Source: a virus. Taken from it: a DNA stretch of 64,000 nucleotides. The stretch covers positions 12,255 to 76,254 of IMG/VR virus record IMGVR_UViG_3300007539_004938; one strand, 5' to 3'. Under the pieces are notes generated by a model that saw only the letters and a program-made list of their open reading frames with translations, searched no databases and was not told where the DNA came from. Both the position numbers and the translations under genes were made by a program. This document shows, one piece after another, positions 39,301 through 49,119 of this stretch (positions within the stretch are counted from its first letter, which is position 1; the number at the start of each line of letters is the position of its first letter).

Positions 39301-39730
39301 ATTTTACAGTTTTACCACTTAGATTTACGCCATTGCTATCTAACATATTTTCAGAAGTGCTAACACTTGTAATCTTTAACAATCCTTTTGCAGCTTGATT
39401 TCGAGTAACATTATAACTCAATAATCTAGCCATACGTAATACACTTTCTCTACGTTCAGCAAGTTCTATAAAGTTTTCTCTTGCATTTAAATCTACACGA
39501 TAACTGATGTTTTGACCTAAGAATGCAATCATGTCAATAAGAGCAAGGTACTCACTAGATTCAATATAATCATTAAAATCTTCTGGATAGTTTTGTCTTA
39601 TGTAGTTGATCATAGTTCTGCGAAGATTTTCAAAGTCATAACTTTTGAAATCTGCGTACTTGAAACTTTGGTATATTTTTTGCCAGTCTTCGGCAAGTAA
39701 AAGTCTATTTTGTCTATCGGTTGATGACAT
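36323..39730 (-). CDS. gp6: Baseplate wedge subunit, gp6-like
   Basis: DFENLRRTMINY...DFNDYIESSE..ALID..A...DLNARENF..LAERRES; TESIK.NAP..Y.TQNR.IT..DY. Confidence 0.85.
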   Translation of the reverse strand: MSSTDRQNRLLLAEDWQKIYQSFKYADFKSYDFENLRRTMINYIRQNYPEDFNDYIESSEYLALIDMIAFLGQNISYRVDLNARENFIELAERRESVLRMARLLSYNVTRNQAAKGLLKITSVSTSENMLDSNGVNLSGKTVKWNDNVNTNWYEQFIKVINASFNTINRFGTPTKLDIVGGVPTEKYKINVANNILPIFTFNSTVNGADLEFEVVSADISNGSVIEEPPLPGNTFGILYKDNGQGPGSTQSGFFLNFVQGSLQKGDFTVNLPTPNQTINVNVTNINNSDVWLYSLNENQLESDLWTKVEAVEGNNIIYNSINKGVRNIFSVLTRTDDRISLIFSDGTFGTLPKGTFRSYYRRSANRDYDILPADIKNVTLRVPYTSSRGRVETMIIVADLASPVYNANSTETTESIKTNAPSTYYTQNRLITGEDYNVGPLGVSQEIIKIKSINRTSSGINRYYDLTDATGKYSTTNLFANDGILYKEKLNNVEGFSFVTRTDIENTINNKVTSILANNNVRNFYLSEFTEQNYTELNLSWSQYAADSVSSSGFITDGDINFAVSSATEGPLRYLEPGALVKFSAPTGYYFDKDNKLLFGTKSVIGDKSEIWTKVVNVFKTGQEATADGLGGILFDNVIPTDALLTSVKIKFVRDIIDDVKSQMIDQIFAYRTFGLRYDLTDRQWKVILQEDLNILGDFSLGLAGDTTGQKLDASWIVLFETNGDTYTITYRSSRYIFESKNQTRFYFDNNKKIYDSKTGKIVRDKVSVLNVNRDLFSTGGLSPFTQDYDWAISSEYRDLNGYVDSKKVEVVFYDGDDDGIVDDPELFEKIVKQDSNDYIFLKKYVYSDSEFYQYTDEEILIGTPNVSVDKTWYDPSTDVFYQSNSTTRKLTELVGYKAYRGRDNIKFQYTHASDENARIDPSSSNIIDLYVLTKTYDTLYRQYLLGTIASQPLPQSSDSLYRDYGDAINQIKSISDEVIYHPVKYKVLFGSKADNQLKATFKIVKSKERVTNDNDIKSRVIEAINQYFALENWDFGETFYWSELSTYIMNSLSPDITSIVIVPSETSSYFGSLFEVNSESDELFISGATVSDVEIITANTAEKLKAQGSIITETTNSNAGIQSTSSNIIVGGGY

Positions 39731-39781
39731 TTTGCAATCCTCAGCTAATACAATATTTATGCATTTTATAATATGCGCACA

Positions 39782-40225
39782 TTAAAAGATACTGTTTCTT
39801 TGATCAAAAGTAAAACGTAAGTTTTCACTTATATTGTAGTCTAAGAAAGTTAATTCAGCATAAACTTGTATACCATATTCAAAACTATCAACAGTTATAT
39901 TGTTAGCATTTACACGAGGATCATAGTTAATTATTGTAGTGACATTTTTTACAATAGCACTTTTTAGAGCATCAGTTAACGGTTCAAAAATTACATCCCA
40001 AATAATAGTTCCAAACTCAGGATTTTCTAGTTTTTCACCTAGTCTAATATGAAAATGATTAACAATGTCTTGTTTTATCAAAGCAATATCATTTAACACC
40101 AAATCCTTACTATCTGGATTTACTGTACTAAGTCCTCTATAACTTCTATCAACAATAGGATTATTTTTAAATCTAGGATTGTTGATTTGCAAGTTTTTGT
40201 AAAGATTTTGTTCTAAAGTGCTCAT
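39782..40225 (-). CDS. gp25: Baseplate wedge protein, gp25/GPW-like
   Basis: IKQDIVNHFHIRLGEKLENPEFGTIIWDVIFEP...YDPRV. Confidence 0.9.
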   Translation of the reverse strand: MSTLEQNLYKNLQINNPRFKNNPIVDRSYRGLSTVNPDSKDLVLNDIALIKQDIVNHFHIRLGEKLENPEFGTIIWDVIFEPLTDALKSAIVKNVTTIINYDPRVNANNITVDSFEYGIQVYAELTFLDYNISENLRFTFDQRNSIF

Positions 40226-40229
40226 ACTA

Positions 40230-40235
40230 TATTTA
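40230..40235 (-). promoter_or_regulatory. Late promoter TAAATA 4 nt before the gp25 ATG (leaderless-type)
   Basis: TAAATA-TAGT-ATG, identical to the context at 1514-1526. Confidence 0.55.
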
Positions 40236-40243
40236 TTATCCTA

Positions 40244-41320
40244 TTACTGAAGAGATTTTAACCTATTTCTTAAAGCTGTGTCTGCTCTAGTTAAATCTTG
40301 TTCTGCCTGTTTTACTGTTTGTGTTATACCTGGTACTACTGCTTCAACTGCTTTTCCTAAATCATTATCTATTTGTTGTGCAATATTTCTTAAATCCTTT
40401 TCAAAATCAACACCAAAATCAAGTTTTATATCCAAGTTAGATGCAGCATCAATAATAGACTCAAGGCCATTTGTAAACTGATCTAATGCATTATTGGGAT
40501 TCCTAGCACTTTTTACATTATAAAGAGGTTTATCTAACTTTTCAGGTATGTCCCAGTTTCTTCTAACAGATACTAATCTTAGTTTAGGGTTAGTCCCGGA
40601 TACTGGAATATTTTTTACAAGTCTAACATCTCTATTAGCATTGCCTACAATAGCACTACAAGTTCTTGTAGCAGGATCATAAGATTGTACAAAACCTAAA
40701 ACTTGTTTAAAATCGATAGTCTTAAAAACTAATATATCATTTTTTCTAACTTTATCAAATCTAGAAAAAGGTATAGAAGTACCATAGTTTTCATAAGGTG
40801 TAACTTGACAGGTTCTCAAATACCTTATTCCACTTTTGCTTAGAATATAGTTTACAAATGCAACATTCCAGTTGTATTCTGCTTTGTATCCATCCTTACT
40901 ATAATCATAGCCACTTAGTACAAATGCATCTAGTATGTTTTTATTTTTTCCATTTACTCGCCAATCTGATGCTAATGCTTTTTGCAGATTTTTTTCTAAT
41001 ATTTCAAATCCACTAATGTTTTCATCAAAGTCAGTAGCAGTAGGAAGTCCTTCTTTGATTCTTGGTCCTTCTATTCTATCAAATACATTGATACAGTTTT
41101 CAAAAGCAGGTACAGGAGAATCTGGTAATGCAGCAGCTCTTAGATTTTCTACCACTTGTGATAATCCAAGTTCTGTTCCGATATTTTCTGCAAAAGTATT
41201 AAAAACTGTATCTGCGTTTTGTATAGAATTTTTTGCTCTAACCGTAAAGTCTCTAGTTGTTTGACCAACATCATCTACTGCATTAGCAACAACAGTTATC
41301 AATGAATCGTCTTGTGCCAT
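40244..41320 (-). CDS. Baseplate-associated TIGR02594/CHAP-like (NlpC/P60) protein lacking its catalytic residues
   Basis: WNVAFVNYILSKSG aligns with WCAAFVNW.L...G; DILVF...KQVLGFV aligns with GDIVVF...GHVGFV. Confidence 0.6.
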   Translation of the reverse strand: MAQDDSLITVVANAVDDVGQTTRDFTVRAKNSIQNADTVFNTFAENIGTELGLSQVVENLRAAALPDSPVPAFENCINVFDRIEGPRIKEGLPTATDFDENISGFEILEKNLQKALASDWRVNGKNKNILDAFVLSGYDYSKDGYKAEYNWNVAFVNYILSKSGIRYLRTCQVTPYENYGTSIPFSRFDKVRKNDILVFKTIDFKQVLGFVQSYDPATRTCSAIVGNANRDVRLVKNIPVSGTNPKLRLVSVRRNWDIPEKLDKPLYNVKSARNPNNALDQFTNGLESIIDAASNLDIKLDFGVDFEKDLRNIAQQIDNDLGKAVEAVVPGITQTVKQAEQDLTRADTALRNRLKSLQ

Positions 41321-41330
41321 GTATTCTTCC

Positions 41331-44300
41331 TTAACTTAAAACTGCTCTTGGGAACCAATCATATCTTTGACTGATTATGTTTCCATTTCTTACCCATCTG
41401 CAGGCAGTAGGTGCAGTCCTCATATTATCTCCCCATACTGCAATAGCGCCTTCACTTACTCTGCCTGGAGGATTTGCTCTTCCTCTAGATGTGCTCCACG
41501 GTCCAGGACAATATGACAAAAATCCATAAAGATCAACATGGAATCTACACGGACCCATATAATATCTAGATTGCCCACGAGATCCAGAATCCCAACCAAA
41601 CCCTTTTACACCTTGTTGAACACATACTTGTAAAAATCTTATTAGTATAGCTTGGTGGCTAGAGTTTCTACCATCTAATATAGTATTACCTTGATACAAA
41701 TCAATATCTGCTGCATGAGCATATCCGCTTTCTCCATTAAATGTAACACAGTCGTGTCTTGTACTATTTCTCACTCTATTTCCGTTTGGATATCTTCCTT
41801 GCACTGCATTAGGGTGTCCTTTTGGTGCTTGACCTGCACTTGAAATATAGATTTTTGTAATACCTGCGGCAGCGGCGGCACGTCTAAGTATTCTTTCTAA
41901 CTGCGGAGAAATATCAAATCGTCTACTACATGCACGGTTTTGTTGTATAACTATATCTCCAGCATCGCCTGAAAGACTTCTACTTTCTGCGTTTGGATTT
42001 GTTTCTACATCGGATTCGCCTTCTGGCACAACTTCACCTCTTTCGATACGTACATCTGGATGAGGCGGTGAGCCAGGTTCTGTTCTTTCAACAAGTTCAA
42101 ATGCATCTTGTGCTGCAAGATAGACTTCTTCAGCATAACGAACTCTAGTAGTTAGATTATGTCCGCCCGATCTTTCAAATGTAGCTTCAAAACTTCTAGC
42201 TGCTTCTGCAGGTGTTCTTGTTTCTCTTAGTTTTTCCAAAGTTTTTGCCCATGCTTCAGGAGATGTAGGATCTGTGATTTCCCAAATAAGGTAATCTAAC
42301 TGCTCTTGTAAACTTGCTTCTAGAATATCTTTATTGTAACGTTCTCTAAACTTGCGTATTCTATCTCCTCGCCATTGCACAATACCTCTAGCACCTAAAC
42401 CTCCGCCAGCGCCATTGTATGCTTGTGGTCTGATTTCTGGATACGATTCAACTCGTATATTTCCTACAATACCTGCGGCTTGAGCATCTGTAAGATTTAG
42501 TTGTTGTTTTAGATAGTTAAACGCAAACTCAACATTATCGCTTAATCCAACTAGGTCTAAATCTACATCGTCTCCAATATCGCCTCCCTCGTCTAAAGGC
42601 TCAATAGCTCTGTTAGTTGTGGTGCTAACAGTTGTGTCTGCTGTGCCTCTATCTTTTCCAATATTGATAAATGTATCAGCAATAGGAGTTTTAAAACTAT
42701 CTTCCGATGGTTGTCCAGCTTCAGTTCTTTCTGGTGTGTAAAGTAACGGATTTAAATTTTCATGTTGTGCCCATGGCTCATGCATTGGCTTACGAGCCAG
42801 CAAATCTGCTTCAAAAGGATTTACCGGAGGAAGTGTAGCACACTGTGTTGCTTCTGAAGCAAAATATGCTTCTGGTGCAAACACAGTTACTTCTTCTGCT
42901 TGTATTGCTGCTGTACTGCCGCCTTCGTTTATACGGACATCAGTTGAGCCATCAATATAAACCGTATTACCATCTGAGTATAAACTTAATGCACCATTAG
43001 GATTTATTCGAATAGCTTGCGATGATTTTAGGTTCATATTGCCTTCGGCCCAAACATTATATGCAATAGGAGTAAAAAACTCAAATCCAAGATCTGCTGT
43101 GCTTTTATGCTTTCCATCAACTTGTGTATTCATGTTACTTTTTGTATGCAGATTCATTGTGCTTTCTGATCTAAGGTTCATTACAGCATTTGTGTTAATA
43201 TTCATACGCTGTTGGCTAAACAAATGTAAATCAGCGTCAGTTGATGTTAAGAAAATACCTCCAGTACTCTTTAGATTAAAGTTCAATCCTGTGGTAAGAT
43301 TAAAATTGTTTGCACTGTTTACATTAATATTTCTATCACTATCAATGCATATTTCGCCGCTTTCTGTAATGCCAATGCTTCCTGAATTTGCACTATGCGA
43401 AATGCCTGATTGAGCAGTATCTGAAATAAATGTACCTGCATCGTGTGTTATACTATCACCGGCTTTGACTGCAAAAAACTCTCCTGATGTAGTGCTATGA
43501 GATTTTGATGTGCTATTTTTATATGTGCCGCCAATAACCATATTCATATTTCTACACTCAAAGTTGATATCTCTATCCGCACTGAAGTTTAAGTCGTTTT
43601 CAGAATGCACACTTATACTGTCATTTGCATAAATGTCAATCTTGCCATTGCTGGTCATTTCAATCCAACTTGTTCCCCTGGCATTACCTATATAAATCAA
43701 ATCTTCACTATTGTGTAATAATATTTGATGTCCTGTACGAGTACGCATCCTAATCAATTCATTAGCAGGTATTGTTACATCGCCTTCAGTTGTTGAACCA
43801 TATTCTCTATCAATATATTCAGATGGAGTGCTGTCGGCAGGACCTACTCTTACAAACTTGTCGTCGCCGTCATCCATAACAATGCTACTGCCACCTAATC
43901 TACTACTTGGAACATTTATTTCATTTTGCACAGTGCCAATATTAGTAGTAGGAGCGTTTGGTCTTTTGTCCATAGGACCAGGTGTGCTTACACCAAAAAC
44001 CATGCTAGGAACTTCTCTTCTAGCACTTGTGCTTGTAGTTCCTCTAATATCATCAGCTAATAAACCTTGTTCGGTTAACGTTTCAATGAATAAATCGTTT
44101 CTTGGTTTAGGATAGTTAGTTGGCTGAGTTTCTCCTGAAGGATTAATAGTTGCTCTATTGTATTCTCCAACCGGTACTTTCAATCCTTCAGCAGCGGCTA
44201 CTACTTCTGGTATTTCACTTTGTAAATCAACATTACCAACTGTATTAAGTGTACTAGCCCTGCCATCAGGAATCATAAAGTTCATAAAATCATCTGGTAC

Positions 44301-44654
44301 ACATGCAAACCAATATCCAAAATCTCTTCTACCTTCTATGAGCATTACTAAAACTTTTGAACCCACATCAGGAGGAACAAACCACATGCCATAACTTTGT
44401 GTTGTTTCAGCATAGGTAGTTCCAGCTTTTAATCCTGTTTTAGGTGTACTGCCATAAAAAGGAGGAGCATAAAAACAACTAACTACTTCGTTTGTTGCTT
44501 GGTAATCGTCACCAGTATCATTATAGGACAATAACTGAACTTGTAATGCACCCATAAACTTTTGATCAAGATGGGATACAATCCTGCCTATAAACGGTCC
44601 AGTATTGTATGATCTATCCGACGACCTGGCTGTTCTACGTTCTTGTGATCTCAT
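41331..44654 (-). CDS. gp5: Baseplate central spike, gp5-like, with phage tail lysozyme and M15-like peptidase domains
   Basis: OB fold (SYGMWFVPPDVGSKVLV), RTRTGHQ...WIEM..NGKIDIY beta-helix, HEPW..HEN tip motif, QAAGIVGNIRVES/GIVQW/FERSG lysozyme, RH...AADI...HVD peptidase. Confidence 0.8.
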   Translation of the reverse strand: MRSQERRTARSSDRSYNTGPFIGRIVSHLDQKFMGALQVQLLSYNDTGDDYQATNEVVSCFYAPPFYGSTPKTGLKAGTTYAETTQSYGMWFVPPDVGSKVLVMLIEGRRDFGYWFACVPDDFMNFMIPDGRASTLNTVGNVDLQSEIPEVVAAAEGLKVPVGEYNRATINPSGETQPTNYPKPRNDLFIETLTEQGLLADDIRGTTSTSARREVPSMVFGVSTPGPMDKRPNAPTTNIGTVQNEINVPSSRLGGSSIVMDDGDDKFVRVGPADSTPSEYIDREYGSTTEGDVTIPANELIRMRTRTGHQILLHNSEDLIYIGNARGTSWIEMTSNGKIDIYANDSISVHSENDLNFSADRDINFECRNMNMVIGGTYKNSTSKSHSTTSGEFFAVKAGDSITHDAGTFISDTAQSGISHSANSGSIGITESGEICIDSDRNINVNSANNFNLTTGLNFNLKSTGGIFLTSTDADLHLFSQQRMNINTNAVMNLRSESTMNLHTKSNMNTQVDGKHKSTADLGFEFFTPIAYNVWAEGNMNLKSSQAIRINPNGALSLYSDGNTVYIDGSTDVRINEGGSTAAIQAEEVTVFAPEAYFASEATQCATLPPVNPFEADLLARKPMHEPWAQHENLNPLLYTPERTEAGQPSEDSFKTPIADTFINIGKDRGTADTTVSTTTNRAIEPLDEGGDIGDDVDLDLVGLSDNVEFAFNYLKQQLNLTDAQAAGIVGNIRVESYPEIRPQAYNGAGGGLGARGIVQWRGDRIRKFRERYNKDILEASLQEQLDYLIWEITDPTSPEAWAKTLEKLRETRTPAEAARSFEATFERSGGHNLTTRVRYAEEVYLAAQDAFELVERTEPGSPPHPDVRIERGEVVPEGESDVETNPNAESRSLSGDAGDIVIQQNRACSRRFDISPQLERILRRAAAAAGITKIYISSAGQAPKGHPNAVQGRYPNGNRVRNSTRHDCVTFNGESGYAHAADIDLYQGNTILDGRNSSHQAILIRFLQVCVQQGVKGFGWDSGSRGQSRYYMGPCRFHVDLYGFLSYCPGPWSTSRGRANPPGRVSEGAIAVWGDNMRTAPTACRWVRNGNIISQRYDWFPRAVLS

Positions 44655-47044
44655 TTTAATCCTTTGAATATGTTATCTATATCGTTTTTAAAGTTTTTGG
44701 CTAAATCGTTTATACCTGCAAGAGGGTCTCTTACAAATGCTAAGGTTTTTTGAATATTAGATTCTATTTGCCTTGCTTCTGAAATCAAGTTGTCAAACTT
44801 GTTTAAAACTTGATTTAGATTTCCTGGAGCGATTTTAGCTAAACTTTCGATATTTAAATTTTGAAAATGCGTGTAGGCTTCTTGAAACTGTTGAGCTTTT
44901 TGTAATAGTGGTCTAAACTCATTGTTTGCAACATTTGCAATGTCTTCTAACAACAAGTTATTGTTTACAGTGCTTGATACTCCATTTAGTATGTTCCTAA
45001 TACGTAAAACACTTGCAGAGGGCTGATTTGCCATACGTAGTAAACTAAGTGTATTAGTGTACAAGCCGTTTGAAAAGTTAGTTGTATATGAAACAAGTTT
45101 GTATATACCACTAAACTGATTTACTGGATCTAAGTGTAAAAGGTTACCATTATAATCTACTGCACTTTTGAAATCAACTAAAATAAAAACTTCGCCTCTT
45201 TGAAAATCTACAGTCCCGTCAATATTAGCGCCTTCAGGTCCTGCTTCTGCAGATCTATTTCTAGCATCGCTGTCATTTAAGTAAAACGGATCTCCCCAAA
45301 TTTTTATTTCCAGTTCTATATTATCTACATCACTATTCAAAATATTTGCATTAAAAATACGTGCAGCACGAACTGCGTTATCCTCCATGCCAGCGCCGCC
45401 GGATGCATCTAAAGGTATAAAGTTAACTCTATTTGCTCTCATTATTCTACTAGTAGGACTTGACAAAGGTTGAACAGTAGGTGTATATTGATTATTATTT
45501 TGAAGATTCGTGATACTACCGCCTTCTTGCACGTTAGTAGGAACATTTGCTGTGGTGGCAAGTTCTTTATAAAAACTGTTATCAATAGTAAAGGTAAAAT
45601 CTAAAATATCAGCATTGTCTCCAGTATAACTATATCTATATGCTTTTTGAGCGTTGTCCATTGCATGAATATAGTTAAAATCAGTTGTTATTTGAGATAC
45701 TGAACTAGCATGTACTCTATACGGTGTTACTACATAAACAAGTTCATATGCAGGTCTACCAGAAACTTGGTCTTCTTGTACATCGGCTATAAAAGTTTTT
45801 GTAGATATTTTAAACCAATTAACCATTTCATTAACAGGCACTTGTTGTAGTAAACTTTTACCATAATCACTTGTTAATATTACTTCTTCAATAATCCTTT
45901 CTATTTTCATTCCTGGAGTAAACTGAAATCTTCTTTCAGTTTCGCTTATTGACATTCCACCCCTTTGCCAAACTCTACGCTCCTCATTCCAGATAATCCT
46001 ATTATCGCCGAAATCATTAATACCAAAATCATTAAAGTTGTTTACAATAGCACTATTTCCTATCTCATTTAGAGATGGATTAAATGCAGCACGAGCTCTT
46101 GATGTTCTTTGAGCAGCTATTTCTTGTTCTTGTGCAAGTCTTTCATTAGGATCCAATGAGCTAAATCTAGCAAATCCTCCTCCTATCGATTCATGAAACT
46201 CTCTAAGTTCTTCATCTGTTGACAATCCGCTCACTCTGCTGTTACGAACTGAATTAATTTGTTGTTGTATGTCTATTCCTCTTTGAGCATCTTCACCTGA
46301 TTGTATTGCTGCTGTGTAAGTATTTTCGCCACCTGTTACATTAGACACATCAGAAGGAAACTCTATTCTATATGCATCAGGTCTAACTACAAGTCCTTGT
46401 TGAGATTTTTGGTATTCTTGTCTGTTTAGTTCTGTTACAAATCCATTTAAAACTTCACCTACTGTAGCACCAGAAAATGTAGTAGTGGTTCTAGTGTTTT
46501 GAAATGTATCTGTAAATGCTACATGATTGTACGGAATAGCGTTAAGATTATACACACTACCTGATGCTTCAACTGAAAACTTCATATCTACTAGTTTTAA
46601 ACAAATACATGATCCAGGAATAACTGATACTGATCCTGAATCATCGTATCCTACGAATTCACAAGCAAGCATAAATGGAGCATTTAAATAATTTGTATGA
46701 TTAACTTGAGCAGCCGCGATTGCTAAAGACTGAAAAAACAATCCTACACTGTAAGGCTCAGTTATAGTGAAATCTGCTTGTATCACATTACCATAGCCAG
46801 TACCAGGATTAGGTTGATGCAAGTATTCTACATTGACATCTTCGATAAAATATTCAACATTTACACCTAGTGCTTGTTCTACAGCAGTTGTAATAGTTTT
46901 ATCAGGAAATCCTCCAGTTTCTATTAAAGCTACACCACTGTTAAATCCTATATCACCAGTATTAAACTCGTCTTGAGATAATACAGAAAGTCTCCAGCGA
47001 TAGTTGTAAGAAACAAATCTATGTAGAGGATTTGGTATGCTCAT
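44651..47044 (-). CDS. Baseplate hub / tail protein (gp27-like position and motifs)
   Basis: NPLHRF.SYNY, FTITEPYS, IWGDPFYL, SGIYKLVS...FSNG.YT.TL.L.R; lies between gp53-like and gp5. Confidence 0.6.
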   Translation of the reverse strand: MSIPNPLHRFVSYNYRWRLSVLSQDEFNTGDIGFNSGVALIETGGFPDKTITTAVEQALGVNVEYFIEDVNVEYLHQPNPGTGYGNVIQADFTITEPYSVGLFFQSLAIAAAQVNHTNYLNAPFMLACEFVGYDDSGSVSVIPGSCICLKLVDMKFSVEASGSVYNLNAIPYNHVAFTDTFQNTRTTTTFSGATVGEVLNGFVTELNRQEYQKSQQGLVVRPDAYRIEFPSDVSNVTGGENTYTAAIQSGEDAQRGIDIQQQINSVRNSRVSGLSTDEELREFHESIGGGFARFSSLDPNERLAQEQEIAAQRTSRARAAFNPSLNEIGNSAIVNNFNDFGINDFGDNRIIWNEERRVWQRGGMSISETERRFQFTPGMKIERIIEEVILTSDYGKSLLQQVPVNEMVNWFKISTKTFIADVQEDQVSGRPAYELVYVVTPYRVHASSVSQITTDFNYIHAMDNAQKAYRYSYTGDNADILDFTFTIDNSFYKELATTANVPTNVQEGGSITNLQNNNQYTPTVQPLSSPTSRIMRANRVNFIPLDASGGAGMEDNAVRAARIFNANILNSDVDNIELEIKIWGDPFYLNDSDARNRSAEAGPEGANIDGTVDFQRGEVFILVDFKSAVDYNGNLLHLDPVNQFSGIYKLVSYTTNFSNGLYTNTLSLLRMANQPSASVLRIRNILNGVSSTVNNNLLLEDIANVANNEFRPLLQKAQQFQEAYTHFQNLNIESLAKIAPGNLNQVLNKFDNLISEARQIESNIQKTLAFVRDPLAGINDLAKNFKNDIDNIFKGLK

Positions 47045-47344
47045 TTAGGCTCCTAGTAATCTATCAAGATAACTTTTCTTTGGTAACTTTATTTCTGTTC
47101 CTGCTATAAAATCAAATATAGGATCTTTGAGAACTTCCATATTACGATTTGTAAACACCCACCAAAGTTTTGAGTTTTGATAAAGGTCATAAGCTAATAA
47201 ATCTGGTCTAAAGTTATATTGAGGTTGTATAACATAGTTTATATCATTATCTTCTCCAACAATAGGAATATGAATGTAATATTCAAGACTATTTCTTCCT
47301 ATTCTAGTTAGCTGATAAGGACTTGTTGAAGGATATTGTGCCAT
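47045..47344 (-). CDS. gp53: Baseplate wedge protein, gp53-like (LysM-like)
   Basis: YNFRPDLLAYDLYQNSKLWWVF..RN...DPIFDF..G..IKLP. Confidence 0.8.
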   Translation of the reverse strand: MAQYPSTSPYQLTRIGRNSLEYYIHIPIVGEDNDINYVIQPQYNFRPDLLAYDLYQNSKLWWVFTNRNMEVLKDPIFDFIAGTEIKLPKKSYLDRLLGA

Positions 47345-48216
47345 TAAATAAATCCTCCTCTAGATGGGTCAGTGATATATGCACCATTAGCAAAACTATC
47401 TAAACTAAACTGTCTAGTAATATCTCTGCTGTATGCAGGTTGGACTGTTATGTTTAATGTGCTTAGTACAGGTACATAAGTATATGTTCCAGCAGCAGAT
47501 TGTTCGCCAATTTCACTTTGTGCAATAGGAACTTTTATATAATCAACATCTCTTGGCAAATCTACGCTAAACATTTTAACAATAACTGGAGTTCTTTGAA
47601 AAACAAAATCTCCATATCCACTCAGTGCTACTCTTGGTGGTGGGGCACCTTTAGCACTACCAGTGCCATAAAACATTTTTGTTATAGTTCTTAAAAAATG
47701 AACACTAGCTATCCAGTATCTTCCATCTGCTTCGTTTTCTACAGGAAACTCGCCGGTGATAGTTATGTCTTCAACTTGACTGTTTTGATAAACAGGGTAC
47801 GGATAGTTAGTATGTGTAGGGGCCAGCATCTGATAGTTTGCACTATGTGTAACAAGTATCTGAGGAGTTGTTGGAAAAACCATACTAGAGTTACTGTTTC
47901 TTAAAGGTGCAAAAATACTAGACGAAAACATACCTTGAGGATTTGCTGGTAAATGTAACCTCACACGCCAATCTTCTCCAATGCCATTATCAGCTAAAAA
48001 ACTAGCACTTTGAATCACTGGAGTCAACGGTTCTGCACCAGGTGGTAAAGTTCCTCTCCTTACAGTTGATATTAAACCAAACGGATCGTCAATAAAATCG
48101 TCAAATGTATTTTTTATATTTTTTACTCTATCAACAGTTGTGTTTACCGAGCCAATAACTCCACTAACTTTGTTTGTAACATCTTTAACTGTATCAAGAA
48201 AATTCCAAAAACTCAT
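47344..48216 (-). CDS. Baseplate tail-tube cap/initiator (gp48/gp54-like)
   Basis: MVFPTTPQI...A.Y...THTNY, FLRT.TKMFYG..GAPPP...LSGYG. Confidence 0.6.
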   Translation of the reverse strand: MSFWNFLDTVKDVTNKVSGVIGSVNTTVDRVKNIKNTFDDFIDDPFGLISTVRRGTLPPGAEPLTPVIQSASFLADNGIGEDWRVRLHLPANPQGMFSSSIFAPLRNSNSSMVFPTTPQILVTHSANYQMLAPTHTNYPYPVYQNSQVEDITITGEFPVENEADGRYWIASVHFLRTITKMFYGTGSAKGAPPPRVALSGYGDFVFQRTPVIVKMFSVDLPRDVDYIKVPIAQSEIGEQSAAGTYTYVPVLSTLNITVQPAYSRDITRQFSLDSFANGAYITDPSRGGFI

Positions 48217-48239
48217 AGCATATCTCCTATAGTATTTAG

Positions 48240-48273
48240 TTGACTTTTTTAAGTACGTAGTTTATAATAAATA
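48240..48273 (+). promoter_or_regulatory. sigma70-type promoter TTGACT-N17-TATAAT (48240-48268) with an overlapping TAAATA late element (48268-48273), upstream of gp55
   Basis: Exact 17-nt spacer; AGGAG Shine-Dalgarno downstream; a divergent TAAATA on the minus strand at 48238-48233 serves the tail operon. Confidence 0.75.
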
Positions 48274-48290
48274 TAGTCTTAGGAGCAAAA

Positions 48291-49115
48291 ATGGCTAGAA
48301 AAGTAAATTATTTAAACAATAAAGACATGCTTACAGAGATACACAAATCTAAAAATACATTTTGCAGTTTTGTTGATCCTGAATACGCAAACTACGATAT
48401 TATAGTACAAAATATAGATAAAATTAACGTTAGAACTATTGCAGAAGCTAAGAAAAATCGTGCAAAACAGTTAACCAATAAAAAATACGAATACGAAAAA
48501 TCACTTGGTAATAAAATAAAGTTAGCAGATTGCGAATATGATTATAAAAAAGTACAAAAAACCGATTTAATTTTTCGTGTTATGACGTTTGACCATGTTC
48601 CAGAAGAACCAGGACGCAAGAAAAACCCTAAAACCGTTGCAGATCATAAAACAAAACTTAATTTTCCTCCGTTCCAACACTACAAGTTTGATGAAAACGA
48701 CGAACTTGTTTGTGTAGGTAAAAGTCATTGGACAGGCGGTATGGAAAATGGACATTTTGAGAAAAACTCAGGCCGAGCAACTAATAAGTTAGCAATGATG
48801 TGGTTAAAACTTGTAGATCGTTATGCAACAAGAGGAAATGTACGTGGTTACACATACAATGACGAAATGAAAGGTCAGGCAATCTTACAACTTTCACAGA
48901 TTGGATTGCAGTTTGATGAAGCTAAGTCACAAAATCCATTTGCATATTACACAGCAGCAGTAACAAACAGTTTTGTGCGTGTTATTAACTTAGAAAAACG
49001 CAATCAAAACATAAGAGATGACATTTTAGAAATGAACAATCTTAACCCAAGTCATACTAGATTACATTCAGGCGAGTGGGAAGCCGCTCAACGAAGAGAA
49101 AACGAAGGAAAATAA
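48291..49115 (+). CDS. gp55: Late-transcription sigma factor, gp55-like
   Basis: NYLNNKDML N-terminus; N.RGYTY.DEM...A.......FD..KS.NPFAYYT....NSF.R.I..EK..Q; precedes gp47/gp46. Confidence 0.8.
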   Translation: MARKVNYLNNKDMLTEIHKSKNTFCSFVDPEYANYDIIVQNIDKINVRTIAEAKKNRAKQLTNKKYEYEKSLGNKIKLADCEYDYKKVQKTDLIFRVMTFDHVPEEPGRKKNPKTVADHKTKLNFPPFQHYKFDENDELVCVGKSHWTGGMENGHFEKNSGRATNKLAMMWLKLVDRYATRGNVRGYTYNDEMKGQAILQLSQIGLQFDEAKSQNPFAYYTAAVTNSFVRVINLEKRNQNIRDDILEMNNLNPSHTRLHSGEWEAAQRRENEGK

Positions 49116-49119
49116 TCAG

